Below, piece after piece: positions 16,688-25,383 of a stretch of 32,000 bases of DNA; the stretch's first letter is position 1, and each line of letters opens with the position of its first letter. A program made the translations under genes and the position numbers. This DNA is from Promethearchaeum syntrophicum (lineage in GTDB: Archaea; Asgardarchaeota; Lokiarchaeia; Sigyniarchaeales; Promethearchaeaceae), in assembly GCF_008000775.2 (NCBI RefSeq), contig NZ_CP042905.2:840001-872000 (forward strand), read 5' to 3'. Below the pieces are notes generated by a model. It saw only the letters and a program-made list of their open reading frames with translations. It did no database searches and was not told the DNA's origin.

Positions 16688-17926
16688 AGGTGTTTAAAAA
16701 TTAGTTCCAATCTTAGTGCTGAAGCAAAATTAGCCTATCAAGCCTACCTAGATGCAAATGGCATTGATGAAAGGATTGAAAAACTACAAATTTTTCTAAG
16801 ACTTGTTCCAAAACATAAAGCTACTGAAAAAATTGTTGCTTTAAACAAAACTAAACTTTCTAAGCTGAAAGATGAAAAAGAAAAGAAAATAAGACAAGTA
16901 AAAACCATTGCTTCTGCCATAGATGATCCTTTTACATTTAAACATGAACCCGAAACAATACAATTAGTCATGATCAGTGATTTTTTTGAACATTTTGGGG
17001 TGGGAAAAACAACTTTACTTCAAAATTTAAGTGGAGGATTAAAACATGCTAAACCCGGTGTGTTCACAGCAGAACCGCTCTTAGGTATATATACTTGGAA
17101 CCACATCAAATTTCAATTGGTTGAAGAACCCGCTTTGCATGATTCTCAATTTTTAAATCGGATAATGGTTGGAGTAAGACGTGCAGATATCTTAGCACTA
17201 GTTATTGATTTATCAAGAGATCCAATAAAGCAAATTGATAATATTCTTTCAATTTTGGATAATTATCATATTTATCTGAATAGGAATCCCCCGCAAATAA
17301 AAATAGAACGAACTGGATCAGGAGGGATTCAGATTTTCTTCCTCTCAGCTGAAGCAAAAGAGTGTGAACATTTAAGTGATTTTATCAAAGATATGGTTAA
17401 AGCTTGGGGAACTATAAATGCTTCGGTTAAAATTTATGAAAAAGTCTCTATTGAAGAAATTGAAATTGCATTCTCACGAAATGCCTCTTTTAAAAAAGCA
17501 TGCATAATCGCAACTAAAGCAGATCTACCAAATACCAAAGAAATATACAAAAAATTAATATCTTTCTTGAAGAAATCAAATAAATTAAAAATTTCATCTT
17601 ATCCTGTAGCCATTACTTATAATGAAAATGGTGAAGAAATTAGAAAAGGCTTAGATAATTTTGCTCTTGATATTCTAAATAAATTAAATCTTATTCGGAT
17701 TTTCACAAAATCCAAGAAGGGAGTTGCAGAAAAACCCTTGATTTTATCACAAGATTGTACTGTGGGAGATGTAGCTAAAGACATTCATAAAGATCTATTT
17801 GATACATTCAAATTTGCATACATTTATAGAGAAGTAGAAGGAGAAATTACAAAAAGACGAATTCGCGCTGGAATTAATTTCAAAGTTAATAATTTTGACG
17901 TAATTGAAATTTTTTCACGAGTTTAA
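16688..17926 (+). CDS. Divergent DRG-family (Obg-like) GTPase with C-terminal TGS domain; start codon unresolved
   Basis: The frame is open from 16688, after TAG at 16685. The upstream part encodes the DRG N-terminal signature (VPKHKATEKIVALNKTKLSKLKDE, compare TQKNKATE..LG.LKAKLAKLR). Downstream come the P-loop FGVGKTTLL, the G2-like VFTAEP, ADILALVID, the DRG insert IYLNRNPPQIKIERTGSGGIQI, TKAD, and the TGS domain (LIRIFTKSKKG...CTVGDVAKDIHKDL...FDVIEIF). The first canonical start in frame is ATG at 16970. Confidence 0.8.
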   Translation, partial: RCLKISSNLSAEAKLAYQAYLDANGIDERIEKLQIFLRLVPKHKATEKIVALNKTKLSKLKDEKEKKIRQVKTIASAIDDPFTFKHEPETIQLVMISDFFEHFGVGKTTLLQNLSGGLKHAKPGVFTAEPLLGIYTWNHIKFQLVEEPALHDSQFLNRIMVGVRRADILALVIDLSRDPIKQIDNILSILDNYHIYLNRNPPQIKIERTGSGGIQIFFLSAEAKECEHLSDFIKDMVKAWGTINASVKIYEKVSIEEIEIAFSRNASFKKACIIATKADLPNTKEIYKKLISFLKKSNKLKISSYPVAITYNENGEEIRKGLDNFALDILNKLNLIRIFTKSKKGVAEKPLILSQDCTVGDVAKDIHKDLFDTFKFAYIYREVEGEITKRRIRAGINFKVNNFDVIEIFSRV

Positions 17927-17962
17927 TTTTCAGATTCTTAGGAAGAAAAACATAGAAAAAAC

Positions 17963-18421
17963 TTAGATAAATACATTTCGAAATCGATCTTCTTTTTTAT
18001 AAATTAAATCTCCTAATATTTTATCTACTCTTTCATTAAAAATTGTAAATTTCGACCTATTGTGATTGATAATATCATATGAAGTAAAACGGCTCGTAAA
18101 ACTAGAAAGAGTATTCTTCATAGCTTTTCTTAACCAATCAATATCCGTATTCTTATTTACAATACAATAAATATGAATATAAGATTTTTTTTCTGATTTC
18201 TCTGTAAATGGAATATTTTGAGTGAGTAAAACAATTGTATATGTTCCAAGTGTGAATTTTTGAATATCATCTTCCAAATTTTCTGCCAGAATTTCTATTC
18301 CGTGAATTAATCCCTCTTTATATTTATCATCATTAATTATACTGGAATTATAATATCTTCTAGATAATAATACTTCCGATTGATGTGAAATAATAACTTC
18401 TAATATTGCCATTTTAATCAC
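17963..18421 (-). CDS. Longin-like small protein, paralog B (hypothetical)
   Basis: 152 aa, paralogous to the 16106-16567 product (alignment given there). It is convergent with the GTPase gene, with 36 nt between the two stop codons. Confidence 0.6.
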   Translation of the reverse strand: MIKMAILEVIISHQSEVLLSRRYYNSSIINDDKYKEGLIHGIEILAENLEDDIQKFTLGTYTIVLLTQNIPFTEKSEKKSYIHIYCIVNKNTDIDWLRKAMKNTLSSFTSRFTSYDIINHNRSKFTIFNERVDKILGDLIYKKEDRFRNVFI

Positions 18422-18661
18422 TCCTTAACCTTGACATTAATAATTTTTGCTGCAATTTGAACTCACACTTTTTTAGTAATATTTTGATTTAAAATAAATT
18501 TGTATTCGTTTACAATGTATTAGAATGAATCATAGCAAAAGACAAAATCGAATAGAATTTAATTTTAGTGGGTTATACACCATTATTCCAATCAAATATT
18601 TCACCTAAATGAGGCAACATTTTCCGAAAATTCATATTACGGGATTCTTTTCCACATTCAT

Positions 18662-19636
18662 ATGAATGGTATACTTAGCGCTTTCTTAATGATCATCACC
18701 TTTTCCCTCTCTTTTATTCTCATCCGGAAAATCGAGCTTACCTATACTACCGTTTATATCAATTTGATACGAGCTATTATTGGTTTCAGCTGTTTTACAA
18801 TATATAACTTGATTTCGGGACGGTTTCACCAAATATTTGATCTAAATCTTCAGATATGGGTAATTTTGGGCGCTAGCATTATTTTTTCGGTCGTTTTAGG
18901 GGATACAGCTTATTTTAAATGTCAAAAACTTATTGGTCCCACCAATGCAGCCACTTTTGCAATCACTTCACCGATTTTTACTATGATCCTCGCTATTCTC
19001 ATTCTTAGAGACTCGTTTCAATGGATATTACTTTTCTCGTCAATCATCACGGGCACGGGAGTATATTTGTTAATACATCTACAGGAAAAATCAGCCACAG
19101 ATCACCATTCAATGGTAGCCCAACTTAAGAAAAAGGCGGATTTAAATAAGAAGACCCTACTTTTGGGTACTTTATTCGGTATCCTGGCTTCACTTGCATG
19201 GTCCTTTGCCACTATCTTTACTGAAATGGGAATGGAGCGGAGTGAAGAAATTTTGCATATTGGATCCGATATTACCATGGTAACTAATATTATTCGCTAT
19301 TTTGTCGCCACTACATGTATGGGAGGGTGGTGGACGTTTTATCGTTCAAAAAAGAAAAAACACAGACAATACAACCAAAATTCAGGTTCCACATGGCGAT
19401 CCGTTCTTATTTTGCTTCTTTCTGCAATTTTAGGCACTTTTTTGGGTGAAATTTTCTTTGGCATCGCCATAGTACAAACAGGTTCTACATTTATTGCTAT
19501 CATGGGATCCACTTTACCTGTGTTTACAATCCCTTTAAATTACCTAATAAACAAAGAAAAGGTAGATCTCAAAAGTCTTCCGGGGATATTGGTTACCATT
19601 GTGGGAGTTATTGTATTGATTATTGTCTCGGCGTAA
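18662..19636 (+). CDS. EamA/DMT-superfamily transporter
   Basis: About 10 hydrophobic segments in two halves, split by a charged loop (HSMVAQLKKKADLNKK). Both the sequence character and the ~320-aa length fit EamA-domain permeases. Confidence 0.75.
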   Translation: MNGILSAFLMIITFSLSFILIRKIELTYTTVYINLIRAIIGFSCFTIYNLISGRFHQIFDLNLQIWVILGASIIFSVVLGDTAYFKCQKLIGPTNAATFAITSPIFTMILAILILRDSFQWILLFSSIITGTGVYLLIHLQEKSATDHHSMVAQLKKKADLNKKTLLLGTLFGILASLAWSFATIFTEMGMERSEEILHIGSDITMVTNIIRYFVATTCMGGWWTFYRSKKKKHRQYNQNSGSTWRSVLILLLSAILGTFLGEIFFGIAIVQTGSTFIAIMGSTLPVFTIPLNYLINKEKVDLKSLPGILVTIVGVIVLIIVSA

Positions 19637-19657
19637 TTTGTGGGAAAATAGGTAAAT

Positions 19658-19682
19658 TTCTTCATTTGTTTATAATGAAGAA
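19658..19682. terminator. Hairpin between convergent EamA genes (possible bidirectional terminator)
   Basis: TTCTTCATT (19658-19666) pairs with AATGAAGAA (19674-19682) across a 7-nt loop, in the 81-nt gap between two convergent genes. Confidence 0.3.
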
Positions 19683-19717
19683 GAATCAACATTATAAAAG
19701 ATATTTTCGATTAGAAT

Positions 19718-20647
19718 TTAATTTTCAAGTTCTGAATTTTCTGATATTTCCTTGGTTTCGATTTTTTTTAAACCACGATTTCTAATTATAATCGAAAGAA
19801 TAAATCCAATAAATACTATGATTCCTCCAATTACAGTTTGCCAAGTGATAATCTCTTTTATGAACAACCAACCAAAAAATGTTGCATAAATCGGTTCCGC
19901 AGATATTATTATTGCCGTAGTTGTTTCATCGATATACTTTTGACCCCATACTTGTAATATAAATGTTAGGGTAACAGTAAAAATACCTAAATAGATTAAC
20001 ATTATCCATTCTAAGGGCTGTATAATTGAAAATGAAAAAGGTAATTCTGTAAATAATGCAATAATCACACTAATAATAAGATTTATAATTATTTGGATAA
20101 GAGTTAAAGTAAAAATATTTATTTCTTTTAGATATTTGGAGATAAATATTATATGAAATGCGATACAAACCGCTCCAATTAAATTATATACCTCTCCTAT
20201 ACCGAAGCTAAAAAATATCGTAGACCCCTCATAAAACATAATAAAAAAACCCGCTAAAACTAATAGAATTGGGAAAAAAAGAAATTTCTGAAATCGAGTC
20301 TTATAAAATATCCATGAGAGAATTGGTGTTAAAATAACAAAAAGACCGCCGATAAATCCTGTTTTTCCTGCACTTGTATATTGAAGACCTTTAGTTTGAA
20401 CAAACACTCCAATTAAAAATACCGAACTTAGAAGTAAACTCAATTTTAATGTCTTCTTGTTTATTTTAGTAGTTTTTTTTACAAACGGAAGAAACCCAAT
20501 TAAAGCGAAAGCCATTCGAAAGGCAATCATCCAGAAAATGGAGATATTTTCATTAAGTGTTTTTGTAATTGGATAGAATGTTCCATAAAAAATTGGAACC
20601 ATTGCAATCGCTATAAAAGCTAAAAAATAATTTTTCTTTAGGTTCAA
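19718..20647 (-). CDS. EamA/DMT-superfamily transporter
   Basis: Ten-TM-like hydrophobicity pattern with two EamA-like halves. PITK, FRMAFA, GLQYTSAGKTGFI and AEPIYATFFGWLF are typical of the family. The listed start is TTG. Confidence 0.8.
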   Translation of the reverse strand: MNLKKNYFLAFIAIAMVPIFYGTFYPITKTLNENISIFWMIAFRMAFALIGFLPFVKKTTKINKKTLKLSLLLSSVFLIGVFVQTKGLQYTSAGKTGFIGGLFVILTPILSWIFYKTRFQKFLFFPILLVLAGFFIMFYEGSTIFFSFGIGEVYNLIGAVCIAFHIIFISKYLKEINIFTLTLIQIIINLIISVIIALFTELPFSFSIIQPLEWIMLIYLGIFTVTLTFILQVWGQKYIDETTTAIIISAEPIYATFFGWLFIKEIITWQTVIGGIIVFIGFILSIIIRNRGLKKIETKEISENSELEN

Positions 20648-20709
20648 ATTTTCTTCCTTCTGATTCTCTAAATTTTAAGATTTAAATAAATTCATTCTTT
20701 TCAATTTGT

Positions 20710-21498
20710 ATGAATGAAACCATTAAAATACTTAATAAAAGAAGATCAGTTCGAGCTTGGGAGACTACCCCGATAACAGAACATCATCTAAAAACAATAA
20801 TTCATGCTACAATGCGCGCACCTACTGCAGGAAATCAAATGTTGTATACAATTTTGCAGGTGGATGATCAAAAAAAAAAAGATAAATTAGCAAAAACTTG
20901 CGATAATCAACCTTGGATAGCAAAAGCTCCACTAATTTTAATTTTTTTGTCAGATATGCAACGTTGGTATGATTTTTATGCTAGTTGCGGTGTGAAAGAA
21001 TTATGCGAAAAGCAAAACCTTACATATCGAACTCCAAAAGAATCAGATCTAATGATTTCATCTTGTGATGCATTAATTGCTGCCCAAAATGCTGTGATTG
21101 CTGCAGAATCCTTGGGTATTGGGTCTTGTTACATTGGTGATATAATGGAAAATATCGAAATCCATCGAGAAATGTTTAATTTACCTAAATGGGTTTTCCC
21201 AATCACTATGTTGTGCTTTGGTTATCCCAAATCTAAAATTGAGAATCCCAAATTAACCCCGCGCTTTGATGAGAAATATGTGTATTATCATGATGAATAT
21301 AAAAGATTGGAAAAGGAGGATTTTGATGAAATGTTCAAGAAAAAAATTGAGGCATTTAACAATATGGAAAAAAAACCTTCCGGTGTTGATAATTTTGGGC
21401 AACAATTTTATACATATAAAACGGGAGCAGATTTTTCAGTAGAAATGGAGCGATCTGTGAAAAAAGCCATTAAGGATTGGAATGAAGCCAAATCTTAA
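20710..21498 (+). CDS. Nitroreductase-family (FMN-dependent) oxidoreductase
   Basis: ILNKRRSVRAW, APTAGNQM, AIAAQNAVIAAESLGIGSCYIG and FGYP motifs are typical of the nitroreductase fold. A ~70-aa extra C-terminal extension is present. Confidence 0.8.
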   Translation: MNETIKILNKRRSVRAWETTPITEHHLKTIIHATMRAPTAGNQMLYTILQVDDQKKKDKLAKTCDNQPWIAKAPLILIFLSDMQRWYDFYASCGVKELCEKQNLTYRTPKESDLMISSCDALIAAQNAVIAAESLGIGSCYIGDIMENIEIHREMFNLPKWVFPITMLCFGYPKSKIENPKLTPRFDEKYVYYHDEYKRLEKEDFDEMFKKKIEAFNNMEKKPSGVDNFGQQFYTYKTGADFSVEMERSVKKAIKDWNEAKS

Positions 21499-22457
21499 GA
21501 TTTAATTCTAAAAAATCTGGTAGTTCCATAAGCTATTTCTTGCACTTTTGGATTTTGTTTGAGATTTTTTATTATTTCATTATATACTTCTTCAATTTCT
21601 GATATAGATTTTCTTCCTTTCAGAAATGTTACTATATCCTCTTCCCTCATTGGGTGCCTACCAATAATATCCAAGACTGCCTTAGTTGGATTTGATTTTA
21701 TTGAAGTAAAATCACCTGTGGGTAAATAATCCATACGTTGCGCATCTAATATTTCTCTGGCTTTTATAACAATTTTTTCATCGGGAATTTTAACCCATTG
21801 TTCTGCAGGAGGTCTTACAGGAACATTAACAAAAACTACATTTGGATGTATATTCTTAATAAGATCAGCAATTTTAGTTATACTTTCAACATTATCGTTT
21901 ATCCCTCTTACGAGCATGACCTCTAAATAGATTATCCCGGAAAATTCTTTACGAAATTCTATGTACCCTTTATACCTACTGATAAAATCAACTGAATTTA
22001 AGGGTCTGTTCATTTTTCTAAAACTTTGCTCATCCCAACTGTCGAAATTTAATAAAACAACATCTGCAAATGATAATTCTTTTCTAATTTGAGGATCTGC
22101 CATCAGCGAACCATTTGAAATTACTGCAACTGGTTTATCTTGAATTTTTTTTATTCTTTTTATGAGATCACCTAAACTCAAATAAAGCGTAGGTTCTCCA
22201 TCCCCCACTATTGTGATAATATCATATTGAGAAGAATCTATAATGTTTAAATATTCTTTCAACTCGTTTATTATATATTCTACGTTATAATATATTTGAC
22301 GTTTTCGTGTATATTCTGTAGTCCTTCCAAGTTGACAATATACACAAGAAAAATTACAAGTTTTTTTAGGAATTGGGCTAATTCCAAGTGACTGTCCCAA
22401 CCTGCGTGAAGGAACAATTCCAAAAACAATTTTATAATCTGAATTTGATTCTTTCAT
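21495..22457 (-). CDS. Radical SAM protein (COG0731-like)
   Basis: VFGIVPSRRLGQSLGISPIPKKTCNFSCVYCQLG carries the CxxxCxxC cluster motif in the context typical of this widespread radical SAM family. Later VGDGEPTL supplies a GGE-like SAM-binding motif. Confidence 0.8.
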   Translation of the reverse strand: MKESNSDYKIVFGIVPSRRLGQSLGISPIPKKTCNFSCVYCQLGRTTEYTRKRQIYYNVEYIINELKEYLNIIDSSQYDIITIVGDGEPTLYLSLGDLIKRIKKIQDKPVAVISNGSLMADPQIRKELSFADVVLLNFDSWDEQSFRKMNRPLNSVDFISRYKGYIEFRKEFSGIIYLEVMLVRGINDNVESITKIADLIKNIHPNVVFVNVPVRPPAEQWVKIPDEKIVIKAREILDAQRMDYLPTGDFTSIKSNPTKAVLDIIGRHPMREEDIVTFLKGRKSISEIEEVYNEIIKNLKQNPKVQEIAYGTTRFFRIKS

Positions 22458-22520
22458 TAATTTCGCTCAATTAATATAAGTGATTTTGGTAATTAATTTT
22501 GATTAAAATTATCTAAATAA

Positions 22521-22568
22521 GTAAAAAAAAAGGTTAAGGAATTTTTAAAGTAAATTCATGAATTCCTT
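22521..22568 (-). terminator. Hairpin plus oligo-U tract at the 3' end of the GPH transporter gene
   Basis: AAGGAATT (22536-22543) pairs with AATTCCTT (22561-22568) across a 17-nt loop that spans the stop codon. On the minus strand a run of nine T follows (22522-22530). Oligo-T tracts are the usual archaeal termination signal. Confidence 0.35.
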
Positions 22569-24043
22569 CGCCGTTCTAGGAGTTTTTTTTGAACATTGTC
22601 CCATTTTTCACCATGAAGAGGGAAAAGTTTTAGTAAAATTAATACAATCAATAAACTGACACCACTAACCCCAACCATAAGTATCTTCAATCCCGTTTTC
22701 AATCCCGTATAATCAATACCCTCTCCAGCTACGGAGGGTACTAAATAATTTTCGAATCCATACCCCGTTAAAACTATAGCAATTGAAAGAAAGACTACGA
22801 TTGTGGAATAACGATTGATCAGCGCATTAACTCCATAAAATGAACCTTGCCGTCTCAATCCTGTATTTAACTCATCTTCATCAATAACTCTTCCGATTAT
22901 TATATCAGTAAAATACATTGCACCAGAAAGACCTATTCCTACAAACACCATACAAATAACGGCTGCAATTGGTCGATTATCTAAGAAGAGAAATGGTATT
23001 AAGGCAGCAATCCATATTCCTTCAGTTACCATAAAAGCGTTTCTATATCCAATTTTATTGCCTAACCATTCCATCACAGGAAATAGTGCAGCTGCTGTTA
23101 ATAAAGCTGCAAGAAGAAGAATTGTTAATAACATCTCCCCGGATTCAATACCAATAACATGAATACCGTATAAAGTTAAAATCGTGGTAAACATTTTAAA
23201 AGTAGTCCATGTAAATAAATTTGCGGTGATAAATATAATAAAGGTCTTATTTTTCATGGTTGTTTTCAAAGATTCAAAGATTCCTGGAGTTTTTTCTTTT
23301 TGAATTTCTTCTTGTAGTTCTTTTTTATCTTCTTTCATACCGAACATAAAGAATATAACCGAAAATAGAACTACAAATGCAGCGATCATTAACCCGGTTT
23401 GCAGATACATATTTGAAACTTCAGATCTAGCTTGCAATGTATCAACTTCTGGAACCATCGGATTTATAATTAATGTAGGAACAACAAATCCAATTAACAA
23501 TCCAATAATTGTGAGTAAATTTTTATATTTATTGGCTCGACCTCGGGCTTTTTCATTTTTAAACATTTCGGGAAATAGCGAGAGTTGATTTATACTGAAA
23601 ATAGTGTAGATCAAATCATAAAGCATTATAATAAAAACCATATAAATACCATTAACTATCTCTGAAGTAGGTCCAATTCTCCAAAATTTAGGGGGGGTAA
23701 ATAAGAAGATGTTAATTAAAGCAAACGGTATAAAAGAAACGATAATCCAAAACCGTCTCCTTCCGAACTTACTTTTTGTTTTATCTGAGAGAGGGCCTAA
23801 TAAAGGGTCATTAATTGAATCCCAAATTGCAAATATAATAAAAGAAACTGCCAAAGTTGTTACACCCACACCAACTACCGCAAAGTAATACGTAAAAATT
23901 AAAAATTGGAACGCTTGGTGTGACATTTGGTCCGTCATAGCACCAAATCCGAAAGCCATAGTTGTTTTTGCTGAATGCTTAGGTTGTTTGTAGTCTAAAG
24001 CAATATTTCTCGTAGTCTGAATATTTTCTTCCATAATTATCAC
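22556..24043 (-). CDS. GPH-family (glycoside-pentoside-hexuronide:cation symporter-like) MFS transporter, copy A
   Basis: Twelve-TM-like profile and the GPH signature WDSINDPLLGPLSDKTKSKFGRRRFW (D..NDP..G..SD.T.S..GRRR). Paralogous to the 25936-27399 gene. Confidence 0.85.
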   Translation of the reverse strand: MIIMEENIQTTRNIALDYKQPKHSAKTTMAFGFGAMTDQMSHQAFQFLIFTYYFAVVGVGVTTLAVSFIIFAIWDSINDPLLGPLSDKTKSKFGRRRFWIIVSFIPFALINIFLFTPPKFWRIGPTSEIVNGIYMVFIIMLYDLIYTIFSINQLSLFPEMFKNEKARGRANKYKNLLTIIGLLIGFVVPTLIINPMVPEVDTLQARSEVSNMYLQTGLMIAAFVVLFSVIFFMFGMKEDKKELQEEIQKEKTPGIFESLKTTMKNKTFIIFITANLFTWTTFKMFTTILTLYGIHVIGIESGEMLLTILLLAALLTAAALFPVMEWLGNKIGYRNAFMVTEGIWIAALIPFLFLDNRPIAAVICMVFVGIGLSGAMYFTDIIIGRVIDEDELNTGLRRQGSFYGVNALINRYSTIVVFLSIAIVLTGYGFENYLVPSVAGEGIDYTGLKTGLKILMVGVSGVSLLIVLILLKLFPLHGEKWDNVQKKLLERRRNS

Positions 24044-24241
24044 ATTTTAAGGTGATTTCGATTTCTCAAATACTTTCGATCAAACCTTTTATTGTTTATA
24101 CATAAAACTTTGTTTATTAAATAAATATGGTTTTAAGGTATAAACCAACTACAAAAAGGGGAAAAAAGATAAATCAATTTAATTCAATATTAATTTAGAT
24201 TAAGGTTCTTTTTCAAATTCTCTGAATTTTGGCGGAATTCC

Positions 24242-25108
24242 TTAAGAACTTGCTATTTTTGAGAAATCTCTTCCTAAAATACCCATCATCTGTTCCCGAT
24301 TGGATTCATGGGTTTCCATATATATAAATCTCCCATTTGGTAATTCTTTTGCGATTTTAGGATAATCACGCTTATAATGGATAAGATCGTTTGTATCATT
24401 AAAGACAAATACTTTTTCATCAATTTTAGATAAATTTATGAACAGTTCAAAATGACGGGATTGGAACGCCGCTCTTTTCCATTTCTACATAACTGCTTCT
24501 TGGATTAAATCCTCTGCTCGTTGTTTTTGCACTTCTTCTGTCATTTTTCTGAGCCTTAACCATTTTAATAACGGTTTTATTAAATACAGAAGCTAAACTG
24601 GAAGAATAGGTACAATATAATTAAGCATCCATTGAGGATACCAGAGTCGATGCATGGGATCAATAGTAACAATTGAAGGCGCGGTGATTGTCTTAGTCAT
24701 TAATCCTTGTAAGATTACAGCTCCCCCCCAACACGGACCCATTAGAATAAAATCATTATTACCATTTAATTCTAAAAATTTTAAAGCAACACCGACATCT
24801 TTGGCTTTCTGGTTCATGCTCAATTTTGCTTTAAATCTTTTAATTCGTCTTGTTTTCTTTTCCCTTGTTTCAATATAGAAAAATTCGACCTTTTCATGTA
24901 GAAATTCATAGAAATCTTGAAAATTTCGAGGAATTACTCCCCAACCAGGAACAAATACTACAAGCTTTTTTGAAATTTTATTTTTGGGATTTACATGAAT
25001 AACTCGAATTTCTCCATCAACTACAGGAACATAGATTATCTCTCTTGTTTCTCAATCTTCCATTGAAAAATCAGGAAAAATTGTATCTGTCCTTGTCTCA
25101 TCGAGCAT
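24242..25108 (-). pseudogene. Alpha/beta-hydrolase (dienelactone-hydrolase-like, G-x-C-x-G-G nucleophile elbow) gene with three in-frame stop codons
   Basis: My manual minus-strand translation from ATG 25108 to TAA 24244-24242 stays in one frame for 288 codons. Internal stops are TGA (25054-25052), TAG (24592-24590) and TAG (24487-24485). Hydrolase features are retained: VVFVPGWG, LMGPCWGG, FVFNDTNDLI and YMETHES. The listed 76-aa ORF at 24593-24823 is the middle piece. Confidence 0.75.
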
Positions 25109-25383
25109 TTTTTAAATTTTATGCTCTTGTTCTTTTGTGATTATGAATAAACTGATCATACAAAACAGTCTTTTTATAATTTAATAGGTTAATTTTGATC
25201 GCAAATAAAAAAAAAGTAAAAATAATATTATTATTTCCTGATTAAACGGGTTTCTTTCAGTTCTTTCTTCATTTTTACTAATTTCTCACCATGTAACGGA
25301 TAGAATAAGAGTAATATAATTACTTTAAAATTTTGCAATCATATCCACTGGAGACATTAAAATCTTTAGATCAGTTCGCATCT
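25041..25383. repeat. Direct repeat, copy A (~345 bp): hydrolase 5' end + intergenic spacer + GPH transporter 3' end
   Basis: Aligns by eye along its whole length with 25744-26089. Examples are TCTCTTGTTTCTC..TGAAAAATCAG..TGTCTCATCGAGCATTTTTT, ACAGTCTTTTTA, and TTCTCACCATGTAA.GGATAGAATAA.AGTAA.ATAATTAC...ATTAAAATCTTTA....GTTCGCA. Confidence 0.8.
25231..25383 (-). pseudogene. Remnant of the 3' end (about the last 45 codons) of a GPH transporter gene
   Basis: The minus strand reads ...YPLHGEKLVKMKKELKETRLIRK-stop, versus ...YPLHGEKLAQMKKELKEARLTHR-stop in the intact copy B. A 1-nt indel upstream (CAAAATTTTAAA vs CAAATTTTGTG) breaks the frame, and homology ends at about 25383. Confidence 0.7.

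Noticed and set aside
16970-17926. Taking the listed ATG at 16970 as the true start of the GTPase
   Set aside because: The 94 codons upstream in the same frame encode the DRG-specific N-terminal helix (KHKATEK...LSKLKDE) and contain no stop, so the coding region almost certainly begins upstream. ATG 16970 would also leave only 9 residues before the P-loop glycine.
24485-25054. Selenocysteine (TGA) or pyrrolysine (TAG) recoding as the explanation for the three in-frame stops in the alpha/beta-hydrolase gene
   Set aside because: The duplicated 5' fragment in this window has GGA (Gly) at the TGA position, which indicates a plain nonsense mutation. None of the stops falls at a catalytic Cys or Lys-type position. 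I saw no hairpin that I could call a SECIS or PYLIS element. Recoding of the TAG codons cannot be fully excluded without the rest of the genome, so it stays a check under the pseudogene finding.
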